From: Bacteroidota bacterium
GTDB taxonomy: Bacteria > Bacteroidota > Ignavibacteria > Kapaibacteriales > UBA961
Reading direction: 5' to 3'
Length of the DNA: 64,000 bases
Assembly (NCBI GenBank): GCA_020852855.1
Contig: JADZAA010000085.1
Span: 10,713-74,712 of the forward strand
In this document: positions 30,046 to 39,188 of the stretch, one piece after another
Position numbering within the stretch: the stretch's first letter is position 1
How the letters are laid out: every line of letters starts with the position of its first letter
The notes under the pieces: model-generated
The model's input: only the letters and a program-made list of their open reading frames with translations
What the model was told of the DNA's origin: nothing
Databases searched by the model: none
Position numbers and translations under genes: made by a program

Positions 30046-31098
30046 TTAATCCAACCAACCTTTCTTACGAAAATAAAGCATCATGCTCAAACCGATAATA
30101 ATAATCAGAAGCCAAATAAATCCATAGCCGTATTTCCATTCCAATTCGGGCATAAAGTGAAAATTCATGCCGTAAATGCTTGAAATAAAGGTAAGCGGTA
30201 AAAATAATGTGGAGATAACTGTCAGTACTTTCATTACTTTATTCATTCGATTGGAATTAACCGAAAGATAAGCCTCGAGCAAGCCCGATACATTCTCGCG
30301 ATAGGATTCCACCAAATCGGTTATGCGTACCAAATGGTCGTAAACGTTGCGATAGTATATCATCTCTTCGTTTGATATCAGCGTGAATTCGCCGCGTGAA
30401 AGCCTGTTCAATATTTCACGCTGATATGTGGTTACGCGCCGTAACCTGACTATACCTTTTTTTAATTCTAAAATTTTCGACAGCGTAATAGTCTGAAAAT
30501 CTTCGAATACGCCGGCCTCGAGCTCGTCAAGCCGAGTGTCGAAATAGTCAATTACCGGTGTATAATTATCAACAATACCGTCAATAATAACGTGAAAAAT
30601 ATAGTCGGGGCCGCGTTGCAGCATCATCGGATTTTTAACGCATAATTCCTTGACATACGATATCGCCGGCGAAAGTTCATAATGATGCGTAACAAGGAAA
30701 TTTTTACCCAGAAAAGCATTTATTTGCCGTGTCGGAAACTGTACGCTGACATATCTTTCGTCCCCGTGGTCAATATCTTCCGATAGTTCTACGGGCGGCT
30801 CTACAGGATTAAAAATAACGTATAGATAATCGTAATAATCTTCAACTTTCGGATAGTGGTCGCCTGCTTTCGGCTTAATGCGCTCACGCTGGCAATCTTC
30901 GACGGCAAGATGATGAAATAAAAAAAAATTGATAAGCAGAGTTTCTTCTTCTTGCTCGCTTGGATTTTCGAGGTCTACCCAAAGAATAGTATTGTTAAAA
31001 TCAGGTTGATTGCGCAATATAAACAGATCCTGAATAGATATCTGCCGCGTTTTTCCGTCTGTTAAAGCGAATATCGTAGTCATTGGAAATAATTCCAC
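30046..31098 (-). CDS. corA: Magnesium/cobalt transporter CorA
   Basis: C-terminal YGMNF (GMN) motif followed by two TM helices. About 350 aa. Confidence 0.9.
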   Translation of the reverse strand: MELFPMTTIFALTDGKTRQISIQDLFILRNQPDFNNTILWVDLENPSEQEEETLLINFFLFHHLAVEDCQRERIKPKAGDHYPKVEDYYDYLYVIFNPVEPPVELSEDIDHGDERYVSVQFPTRQINAFLGKNFLVTHHYELSPAISYVKELCVKNPMMLQRGPDYIFHVIIDGIVDNYTPVIDYFDTRLDELEAGVFEDFQTITLSKILELKKGIVRLRRVTTYQREILNRLSRGEFTLISNEEMIYYRNVYDHLVRITDLVESYRENVSGLLEAYLSVNSNRMNKVMKVLTVISTLFLPLTFISSIYGMNFHFMPELEWKYGYGFIWLLIIIIGLSMMLYFRKKGWLD

Positions 31099-31268
31099 GT
31101 CGCAAGAATTGAATTCTGAAAATTTGGTCTACGGCAAAAATAGGAAAAAAACGTTGTTGTCTTGGGCTGCGTTCTTTGCGCAGAAATACTCACAGTGCAT
31201 AAATCTTGCCGAATAGTTTTATTTGCGGACATTACCGCCTATATTATGGTGCGTTCCTGTTATGCCGA

Positions 31269-31307
31269 TAAAAAAACGGACGCTCTCGGCGAAGAGAGTG
31301 CCCGTCG
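31269..31307 (-). terminator. Rho-independent terminator of the flagellin gene
   Basis: On the minus strand: GACGGGCACTCTC-ttcgcc-GAGAGCGTCCGT followed by TTTTTTT. Confidence 0.5.
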
Positions 31308-31355
31308 TATAGGTGCGTCATTGCACGTTGAGGCGCTACCGTGCGCTTGGAGAAA

Positions 31356-32291
31356 TTATCTCATAAGTTGCAGGAATATTTGCGGGCTTTGATTCGCTTG
31401 TGCAAGCGACGTAACCGAGGTTTGCTGCAAGAATTGTGCTTTTACAAGTTCGAGCTGTTCAAGAGCCACGTCTGCGTCCTCAAGGCGCGATATTGCGGCG
31501 CGATAATTCGTTATCTGTGATTTAAGTGCTTCTTCCTGCGAAGACAAGCGGTTTACCATACCGCCTAAGTACGATGCCACTTTATTTACATTATTAAGAG
31601 CCATGGACAGGCTGGTTAATGTAAGCGATATAGTGCTATTGCTGAAGAGCTGTAAGTTAGCAGGCGTAACCGAGTCGAGAGAATTTAGATTCAGTCCGGT
31701 TACTCCGGCAAAATTAGTGTTGCTTGTAACGTTTACATTGAACACGCCGTCGACATTGAAGTTTGCCTGGCTGGCACTTGTGGTCAGATCAACTGCTAAA
31801 GTAAGCAATGAGTTGGCCGCGTCGTAGCCTATAACGAAATCACCAGAAAACCCGCCGGCTATAAGCTGGCGACCGCCGAATACAGTCGAGTCGACCACTG
31901 TTTGGATTTGTTGGGCAAGCCGATAAGCAGCTTTGGAAAGAGCGATTTTTTCGTCAGTTCCAAGCGCACCCGACGATGCTGTGGCGGCTGCATCTTTTAT
32001 GCTTGTCAATAAATTATTTATATTGTCATAGCCGTCTTGAGCGATATTGGCAACGTTGGAAGCATCGCCCACGGCCATTAATGCCGAGCGCAAAGCTCCG
32101 TTGCGCGCACCTAAAGCGCGTGATGTAATATAGCCGGAAACGTCGTCGGCTGCCGAATTTATACGCTTACCGGTAGAAAGTCGCAATTGGCGTAAAGCAA
32201 TATTATTGCTCGAAGCCTGCAACGCATTGTAGGCGTTTTCCGCGGGCGTATTCGTCCGAATCCGCGCTCCGCCCGATACTGCACTTGGCAT
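31356..32291 (-). CDS. fliC: Flagellin
   Basis: N-terminal RIRTNT...LSTGKRINSAADDVSGYITSR (flagellin N domain). C-terminal RLEDADVALEQLELVKAQFLQQTSVTSLAQANQSPQ (flagellin C domain). 311 aa. Confidence 0.85.
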   Translation of the reverse strand: MPSAVSGGARIRTNTPAENAYNALQASSNNIALRQLRLSTGKRINSAADDVSGYITSRALGARNGALRSALMAVGDASNVANIAQDGYDNINNLLTSIKDAAATASSGALGTDEKIALSKAAYRLAQQIQTVVDSTVFGGRQLIAGGFSGDFVIGYDAANSLLTLAVDLTTSASQANFNVDGVFNVNVTSNTNFAGVTGLNLNSLDSVTPANLQLFSNSTISLTLTSLSMALNNVNKVASYLGGMVNRLSSQEEALKSQITNYRAAISRLEDADVALEQLELVKAQFLQQTSVTSLAQANQSPQIFLQLMR

Positions 32292-32780
32292 TGTTTACTC
32301 CGTCAAAAAATGAAAAACCACAAGTTCGATTTATTCTTTGCGGCAAATAAATACAAGGGTTATGCCAATAATATATTTTCGCCGTGACTTCTGTCCGTAA
32401 TTTGCAAAAAACCTGTCACATCAATCTGATCTTTCATTTTATTTTAGTGGTAAATTATTTCAACATATTGATATACAATGTTTTAGATTGATTGAAAAAT
32501 AATGTTCGGATTTTTTGTGATTGAATATTCCGCCTGCTCAATAATACGCTTTTAGTCAGAAGCGTGGCGAATAATCGCCCAAACTTTCTTTTGAATTACC
32601 GGTGGTCATCTGTTGCCTTGCGGTAATTCGATGCGGTTGGTAAAACGATAAGCCGGGCTTGCAACGTTCTTTAATTTGCATTGTTTCGCGTGTTTGTATT
32701 GTTCGTAAAATCTGTAAATCGGTGCGGAATCCGTATTTTCGCAATTAAAAAATATAATTTTTCAAGACTGCTTGACAGGT

Positions 32781-33779
32781 ATGATAAACAAAGATATACA
32801 CGTTTGCGGGCTGGGCAACGGACTTGTAGATGTTCAGGTGGAAATTTCCGAATCTGTTCTGGATATGTTCGGTGTTGCAAAAGGCTCCATGACTTTGGTA
32901 GATGCCGAAACGCAGGCTCGGTATTTGTCACATTTGCAGGAGCAAACTGTACATCGCAGCAGCGGTGGCTCGGCCGCCAACACAATGATAGCCATTGCAC
33001 AGTTCGGAGGACGCTCGGCACTGAAAACGGCATTGGGCAACGACGATATGGGCAGGTTCTATGCGGAGGAATTTCAAAATCTCGGTATTCATCTCGATGC
33101 GGATATGATTCCCGAGCAACCGACAGGCACTTGCCTTGTGCTGATAACCCCCGACGCGGAGCGCACAATGCTTACGGCTTTGGGCGTTAATCGTTCTTTC
33201 GGTGCGGAGCATATACGAGAAAAAACTGTTGAACGCTCGGAATGGCTATATATTGAAGGCTATAAATTCAGCGAACCTAATGGAACCGAGGCAATTTCGG
33301 AGTCTTTAAGATATGCCAAACGACACGGAACTAAAATTGCCGTTTCGTTTTCCGATACTTTTATTGTCAATATATTCCGCAACTTACTTGAAGAAGTGGC
33401 TGCGCAGGCTGATTTAATATTCTGCAATGAAACAGAAGCGCGTGCTTTTACCGGTGCAGATGATAACGATGACGCTTTTCGATACCTTTGCAGGTATTTT
33501 CCCGCAGTTGCGTTTACTCTTGGCGGGCGCGGCTCGCGCCTGAAATTTGACGGCGATATACATGAAATTGCTCCGTACCATGCTGTTGCAATAGATGCAA
33601 CCGGTGCAGGTGATATGTACGCAGGCGGCGTTCTGTACGGTATAACGCATGGCTATTCCCCCGAACGTGCGGGGCATTTAGGTTCGTTTGCCGCATCGAA
33701 AATCGTATCTCAATTTGGTGCGCGCTTAAAGGAACCGCCACAGACGGTACGCGACAGTGTGCTTGCAAAAATCGGATAA
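32781..33779 (+). CDS. PfkB-family carbohydrate/nucleoside kinase (adenosine kinase-like)
   Basis: N-terminal GLGNGLVDV and C-terminal DATGAGDMYAGG ATP-binding motif. The ATG at 32781 is preferred over the listed TTG at 32772. Confidence 0.8.
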   Translation: MINKDIHVCGLGNGLVDVQVEISESVLDMFGVAKGSMTLVDAETQARYLSHLQEQTVHRSSGGSAANTMIAIAQFGGRSALKTALGNDDMGRFYAEEFQNLGIHLDADMIPEQPTGTCLVLITPDAERTMLTALGVNRSFGAEHIREKTVERSEWLYIEGYKFSEPNGTEAISESLRYAKRHGTKIAVSFSDTFIVNIFRNLLEEVAAQADLIFCNETEARAFTGADDNDDAFRYLCRYFPAVAFTLGGRGSRLKFDGDIHEIAPYHAVAIDATGAGDMYAGGVLYGITHGYSPERAGHLGSFAASKIVSQFGARLKEPPQTVRDSVLAKIG

Positions 33780-33847
33780 ACGACAGACTTCCTTGCACGG
33801 CTATTGAATGTATTTCGCGGACAACTCACACTTAACCTTGATTTCTG

Positions 33848-34591
33848 ATGTACCCAATATTGTTCGAAATAGGCCCGATTGTCGTTAATTCTTTCGGGGC
33901 AATGGTGGCTATAGCATTTCTGATCGCAAATTATTTATTCACGCACGAGCTGCGCCGCAAACAATTACCGAACGCAGATGCGGTTGCCTCGACTGTAACG
34001 CTTTTGGCACTTGGCGGCGGAATATTGGGCGCAAAACTGTTTCATTTGGCCGAAAATTATCGCGATATGATGGCCGACCCGGCAGGGCAAATTTTTAGCG
34101 GTGCAGGCCTTACTTTCTACGGCGGACTTTTGGTTGCCATTGCCGCTATTGTTTACTACGCTCGGCGCAAGAATATACAGTTTCTCGTGCTTGCCGATGC
34201 CGCTGCTCCCGCTTTGATACTTGCCTACGGCATAGGGCGTATCGGCTGTCAATTAGCCGGCGACGGCGACTACGGCATACCTACAGACTTGCCATGGGGT
34301 ATGGCTTATCCGAACGGGCTTGTTCCCACAAACGAAATAGTTCATCCCGCTCCTGTATATGAAACGTTGGCTTCGGTCGTTGCGTTCCTTATGCTTTGGT
34401 TGCTTCGCAAAAAATATTCGCGTATAGGGGATATTTTCGGATTATATTTGATACTTGCCGGTATAGAGCGACTGCTCGTGGAGTTTATTCGTATAAACCC
34501 GCTGTACTTTGGGCTTTCGCAGGCACAATGGATTTCTATCGCCATGATTATTTTCGGTGCATGGTTATTTAACAGGCCGGGTCGGAAATAA
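33848..34591 (+). CDS. lgt: Prolipoprotein diacylglyceryl transferase
   Basis: Lgt signature GRIGCQLAGDGDYG. Multi-TM protein. N-terminal MYPILFEIGPI is typical of Lgt. Confidence 0.9.
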   Translation: MYPILFEIGPIVVNSFGAMVAIAFLIANYLFTHELRRKQLPNADAVASTVTLLALGGGILGAKLFHLAENYRDMMADPAGQIFSGAGLTFYGGLLVAIAAIVYYARRKNIQFLVLADAAAPALILAYGIGRIGCQLAGDGDYGIPTDLPWGMAYPNGLVPTNEIVHPAPVYETLASVVAFLMLWLLRKKYSRIGDIFGLYLILAGIERLLVEFIRINPLYFGLSQAQWISIAMIIFGAWLFNRPGRK

Positions 34592-34650
34592 TTACCGGAT
34601 AATGCGCCCCCGATAGTTGCATCTGATAGCCGAATGTCAAAATTGAAATG

Positions 34651-35748
34651 TCAGGCATAGGCCGGCGTACCGCACGGTGCGATAATTGCCACGAGCATTT
34701 TTTGAAGCGTGATTTGCGGCGATTCGCTTGTGGACTTGAGAGTTTTGTCGGCAACGGCAAGAGCAAATATGGCATTTTCAATTTCAGCGGGCGAATATCG
34801 TTGCAAAGCACCGAGATATTCGGGAATAAAAAATGCGGAAATCCCCATTGTTTGTGCCAAAGTGAAAGTGTTCTTGGTAGCTTGCGCCGCTTCTATAAGC
34901 TTGAATAAAATTAAAAAATAGCGCGTAAGCATAGTTATGATAAGAATTTCTTGACGTTCTGCCGCAAGCATATTTGCCATAATACTAAGCGAGCGTTGCA
35001 AATTCCGTTCACCTATCGCTTTTTGCAACTCGAATATATTGTAAGTCTTGGACGCTCCTACCACACTTGCCGCGTCGTCGGGCGTTATACGCCGCTTATC
35101 CTGAATAAAAATAAGAAGTTTTTCGATTTCGTTATGAGTATCGCGCAAGGACGCACCGGCCTTTGCAATAAGAAATTCTACTGCTTCGGGCATAATTTCT
35201 TTGCCGCGCTCACGCAGGCGATTAGCCGCCCAAGAAGCAATATCGCGTTCATGAATCTTGGGAAATTCTATCCACGAGCCGTTTTCTATTAAAGTTTTGA
35301 ACGGGAATTTCAATCCGGCAATCTGTTTCTTTGCTTGCTCTTGCTGCTTGGGATTACCAAGTTTGTTACGTAATCCGTTCAACTCTTTTAAGTTTGCACG
35401 TAGCAGTAAAAAAGTTGTTTCTGGAGGTTCTTGCAGAAGTTTGATAAAAGGCGATGTATTTTGTTCTTTTTTAGAGCCACGAGCGGTGAACATAGCCTCG
35501 AAATTTTTAATAGCTACAACGCGGCGCGCACTCATAAACGGAAATGCCGAAACCATAGGAACGGCGGCTTCGACCGTTGCAGTTTCGCCGTCTAGCGTGT
35601 CGAAATCAATTCTGTCTTGCTCGGTAGCAACAGCTGCGTTAATCAATGCGTGATACGCCTCATCAACAAGAAATTCTTCCTCGCCGAAAAGCAATAATAC
35701 AGGCGGAAATTTCTTGGTTTTTACAATATGGGCGATAGATTCAAGCAT
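34651..35748 (-). CDS. holA: DNA polymerase III delta subunit HolA
   Basis: Overall delta-subunit architecture (N-terminal VLLLFGEEEFL, clamp-loader AAA-like fold). Start trimmed to the ATG at 35748 (MLESIAH...). Confidence 0.65.
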   Translation of the reverse strand: MLESIAHIVKTKKFPPVLLLFGEEEFLVDEAYHALINAAVATEQDRIDFDTLDGETATVEAAVPMVSAFPFMSARRVVAIKNFEAMFTARGSKKEQNTSPFIKLLQEPPETTFLLLRANLKELNGLRNKLGNPKQQEQAKKQIAGLKFPFKTLIENGSWIEFPKIHERDIASWAANRLRERGKEIMPEAVEFLIAKAGASLRDTHNEIEKLLIFIQDKRRITPDDAASVVGASKTYNIFELQKAIGERNLQRSLSIMANMLAAERQEILIITMLTRYFLILFKLIEAAQATKNTFTLAQTMGISAFFIPEYLGALQRYSPAEIENAIFALAVADKTLKSTSESPQITLQKMLVAIIAPCGTPAYA

Positions 35749-35840
35749 TATGAAATTGATTTCAGTTGCCTTTTTGTCGTCGTATTTATTTAAATCCGAA
35801 ACAGAAAACCGGCGAAAAACCGCACACTTGCTTTTAATAT

Positions 35841-36950
35841 TCAGCGGCGCAACGATTTCGGGTCGAAAGCATCGTTCAGACCGTCGCCTAATAGATTGAA
35901 GCCATAAACTGCCAAAGCAATGGCTATACTCGGAAATACAGCCAAACCCCAATTGTCGGGATTGGAAATATAGCCGTAACCGTCAAAGATTAAAATTCCC
36001 CAGGAAGGTTGCGGTTTCTGTATGCCTAATCCAACGAAACTAAAACTTGCCTCTATAATAACTGCCGAGGCTATTCCGGCTGTGGAAAGCACTATTATAG
36101 GCCCCAAAGCATTGGGCAGTATATGCCGAAAAATTGTTCGGGTTGCACCGTAGCCGAGTGCACGGGTTGCTTCTACATATTCCATTTCGCGCAACGAGAA
36201 AAATTGTCCGCGTACCACACGCGCAATATCAACCCAGCTTGAAATTCCTATTGCGATGAAAGTTTGCCAAAAAGCGTCGAGCGAAAAGCCGAATGCATCG
36301 TTGGCGGTTTTGAGTGCTATAGAGAAAAGAATTGCCAGTAAAATTGTCGGGAAAGCCCAGACTACATTGCAAACCCACATAATAATGCCGTCGGTTTTAC
36401 CGCGAAAATAACCTGCCGTTGCGCCAAGAACGATGCCAATAAGCAAAGCCAGAGCTTGCGATAACACACCTACTACCAAGCTGATTCGCGCACCGTGCAG
36501 TACGCGGCTCAGCAAATCGCGCCCGAAAGCGTCTGTACCTAAAATATAAAGCGGCCGGCTGTGAAATTCTTGCGCACTTGTGCCGTGCATTGCAATCAGC
36601 GGCTGTGCATCCGCACGTCCCGAAAAATCAACGTAAAATACGCTGTCGCCCTGTTGGTGAAATTCTTTTATCGGAATAACAATAGGCAGCTCGGGGTTCG
36701 ACGGATTCTTGACGTGTAATGCGTTGCCGCGAAACATGGCGGGCTTTAGGGAATATTCCAAAACTTGCGATACCGGGTTGAACGGACTGATAATATCGGC
36801 GGTAATTGCGATTAATGTCAGCAGTCCGACTATAATCATTCCAATAGAGCCGGCGCGATGACGGCGCAGTTTTTTCCATGCCAATTGCCCTACGCTTTCG
36901 CCGGTTTGCATTACTTTCGCGCTCGTTTTTTTCATTGCATTTTCCGTCAT
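35841..36950 (-). CDS. ABC transporter permease, DppC/OppC family
   Basis: Binding-protein-dependent permease with the EAA motif (EATRALGYGATRTIFRHILP). A roughly 110-aa N-terminal extension. Confidence 0.8.
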   Translation of the reverse strand: MTENAMKKTSAKVMQTGESVGQLAWKKLRRHRAGSIGMIIVGLLTLIAITADIISPFNPVSQVLEYSLKPAMFRGNALHVKNPSNPELPIVIPIKEFHQQGDSVFYVDFSGRADAQPLIAMHGTSAQEFHSRPLYILGTDAFGRDLLSRVLHGARISLVVGVLSQALALLIGIVLGATAGYFRGKTDGIIMWVCNVVWAFPTILLAILFSIALKTANDAFGFSLDAFWQTFIAIGISSWVDIARVVRGQFFSLREMEYVEATRALGYGATRTIFRHILPNALGPIIVLSTAGIASAVIIEASFSFVGLGIQKPQPSWGILIFDGYGYISNPDNWGLAVFPSIAIALAVYGFNLLGDGLNDAFDPKSLRR

Positions 36951-36952
36951 TT

Positions 36953-37879
36953 TTAGGATAGTTTCACTTTCGGGTCAAGGAAAGCGTAGGTTACATCCAC
37001 AAGCAAATTAACCAAAACAAAAATTATGGCCGTGAATTGTACGGTTCCTTGTATCATCGGATAATCGAGCTTCAAAATAGCGTCGAGAGCCACCATTCCA
37101 ATACCCGGCCAATTGAAAATATATTCGATAAAAACGGTTCCTGCAAGTAATCCGGCAAGCCATGAACTTATGGTTGTAATAACGGGGTTGAGCGCGTTGC
37201 GCAATGCATGGCGCAAAAGTATTGACGGAACAGATGCGCCCTTTGCGCGGGCAGTACGAATATAATCCTGCGATAAAGCCTCCAGCATACTGCTGCGCGT
37301 AACGCGCGCTATAACCGAAAGCGGGCGCAGTGCAAGCGTTATCATAGGCAATAACAGATGATTCCAGCCGGTGTCAATATATCCCGAAATAGGAGTCCAT
37401 CTAAGCGTAACACCGAATAAAAGCAGGAACATAGTGCCGACAACAAACGATGGCAAAGAAATTCCGAGTAGTGCCGTACTCATAAGTGCGGTATCGAGCC
37501 AAGAATTGGGACGTGCGGCGGCTATAATTCCCAGAAGTATCCCGATTACAGTGGAAAGTGCCATAGCCGAAAGAGAAAGGAGGGCGGTGGCCGGAAAACG
37601 CTCCAATATAGAGCCCATAACGTCGCGGTTAGTCGAGAACGAACGTCCCATATCGCCTTTTGCAAGTTTTGCGATATAACTGCCGTATTGCTCCCAAAGC
37701 GGACGGTCAAGGCCGAGCTGCCGCTGTAGCGATGCTACCGACTCCGGGTCGGCACGTTGCCCAAGCATCAGCCGTGCCGGATCGCCCGGAAGAACGTAAG
37801 TAATTACGAAAGTTGTAGTTATCACGCCGAGTAATACCGAAGCGGCGTATAGAATCTTACGAAGTATAAAAAAAGTCAT
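36953..37879 (-). CDS. ABC transporter permease, DppB/OppB family
   Basis: EAA motif region RTARAKGASVPSILLRHALRNAL. Six TM segments. 2-nt spacing to the following DppC-like gene. Confidence 0.8.
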   Translation of the reverse strand: MTFFILRKILYAASVLLGVITTTFVITYVLPGDPARLMLGQRADPESVASLQRQLGLDRPLWEQYGSYIAKLAKGDMGRSFSTNRDVMGSILERFPATALLSLSAMALSTVIGILLGIIAAARPNSWLDTALMSTALLGISLPSFVVGTMFLLLFGVTLRWTPISGYIDTGWNHLLLPMITLALRPLSVIARVTRSSMLEALSQDYIRTARAKGASVPSILLRHALRNALNPVITTISSWLAGLLAGTVFIEYIFNWPGIGMVALDAILKLDYPMIQGTVQFTAIIFVLVNLLVDVTYAFLDPKVKLS

Positions 37880-37952
37880 GCGGTTTCGTACTTAAATATG
37901 TGAGCGGCCGCAAAAATACCGTATTCAATCGAATTTCTGTTGTGATAATCGC

Positions 37953-39035
37953 TTATTGCTCGGTCGAAAGGCGGTATCGCATTATGCGATTATTTTTTGT
38001 GTCTGCCACGTAGAGAGTTCGGTCGAACCATGCAACGGCCGACGGCGAATTGAACTGCCGAGTGCCGTTACCGCTTCCGCCAAATGAAAATTGCTCTTTT
38101 CCGGTTGCAGTAAAAGAGTAAAGGGAATCCGTGCCTGCATCAACTATAAAAATATTGCCGCGAGTATCGCAACAAGCACCTTCGGGGCGTTTAAAACGCC
38201 CGGAGGTCAGAAAATCGTTGCGCACTTCAGCCGGATTGAATTTTTGCGCCCAGCCCGTAATGTCGCCGGTGGAATATGCCAGCCATTGAGCACGATATTG
38301 CATAGCTGTGCCGGTTTGCGTAATAATCAAATCACGAGACGGGCGCGGACGTGCAAGTGCTACTCCCGATAAACCTCCAATTGAATTAAGTGCATTGCCT
38401 TCCGGCGTAAGCGAGGCTATTCGTCCTTGATACGTATCTGTTTTTGAGATAATTATCAAGGCTTCGTCAGGATCTAACCGAGAAGAATTATTAGGTCCTG
38501 TTCGTGCTACGACATAAGAATTATCATCAAGTGCAGCTATGCCCGTAAAACGACGCTCCGGGCGGTCGGGTTGCGAATATACCAATCGAACAGGGGCACG
38601 TGAAATATCGTGAAGGGTTTCGCGAATTGAGATACGATAAATTGCACCGATGGTTACCGATTTACTGTTAATTACAGTATCAAGTTCTCCGCATACAAGA
38701 AGGTCAAACATACCGTCTTGCGAAATTGCAGTAGGTCTTGCGATATAGTCGGAATAGCCTATAAGCCGTCCTGCAATATCCAGCATTGCAATACGATTTG
38801 CACCTTTTTCGGCTATGTAAATAAAAGGTTCTGCACCGATTATTATATCAGATGGTTCTGAAAATCCTGTCCATACCGGATTTTGTGGAATATACAGTGT
38901 ATCATTTATTTTTGAAGTAGTATCAGCCGGAGCGGACGGTAAAGGCGGTGTAATGTCACAGCCTATAGATAAACTCGATATAATAACAGAAGAAATAATA
39001 AGAATAAGTAATGTAATATAGTTTACAAGTGACAT
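37953..39035 (-). CDS. NHL-repeat beta-propeller lipoprotein
   Basis: Lipobox LSIGC after a signal peptide. Repeated segments of the form ...Y(V/I)AD..NNRI... resemble NHL repeats. Confidence 0.5.
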   Translation of the reverse strand: MSLVNYITLLILIISSVIISSLSIGCDITPPLPSAPADTTSKINDTLYIPQNPVWTGFSEPSDIIIGAEPFIYIAEKGANRIAMLDIAGRLIGYSDYIARPTAISQDGMFDLLVCGELDTVINSKSVTIGAIYRISIRETLHDISRAPVRLVYSQPDRPERRFTGIAALDDNSYVVARTGPNNSSRLDPDEALIIISKTDTYQGRIASLTPEGNALNSIGGLSGVALARPRPSRDLIITQTGTAMQYRAQWLAYSTGDITGWAQKFNPAEVRNDFLTSGRFKRPEGACCDTRGNIFIVDAGTDSLYSFTATGKEQFSFGGSGNGTRQFNSPSAVAWFDRTLYVADTKNNRIMRYRLSTEQ

Positions 39036-39188
39036 TTTACGTGTAATATTATACCGTGTAAGGAAAGTATTTATAAGATATTTTGTCATTTAATTACTCG
39101 CTTTTATTATCGGACTCATAAATTATTTCCTAGTACAGCCTTAAATCAGATGCTCATTTTTTAGTAATTATGTGTTAATAAAGCTTTG

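Noticed and set aside
32292-32420. Sigma-28 (FliA) promoter upstream of flagellin
   Set aside because: I looked for TAAA-N15-GCCGATAA and found only a loose GCCGCAAAG element. This is not convincing enough to annotate.
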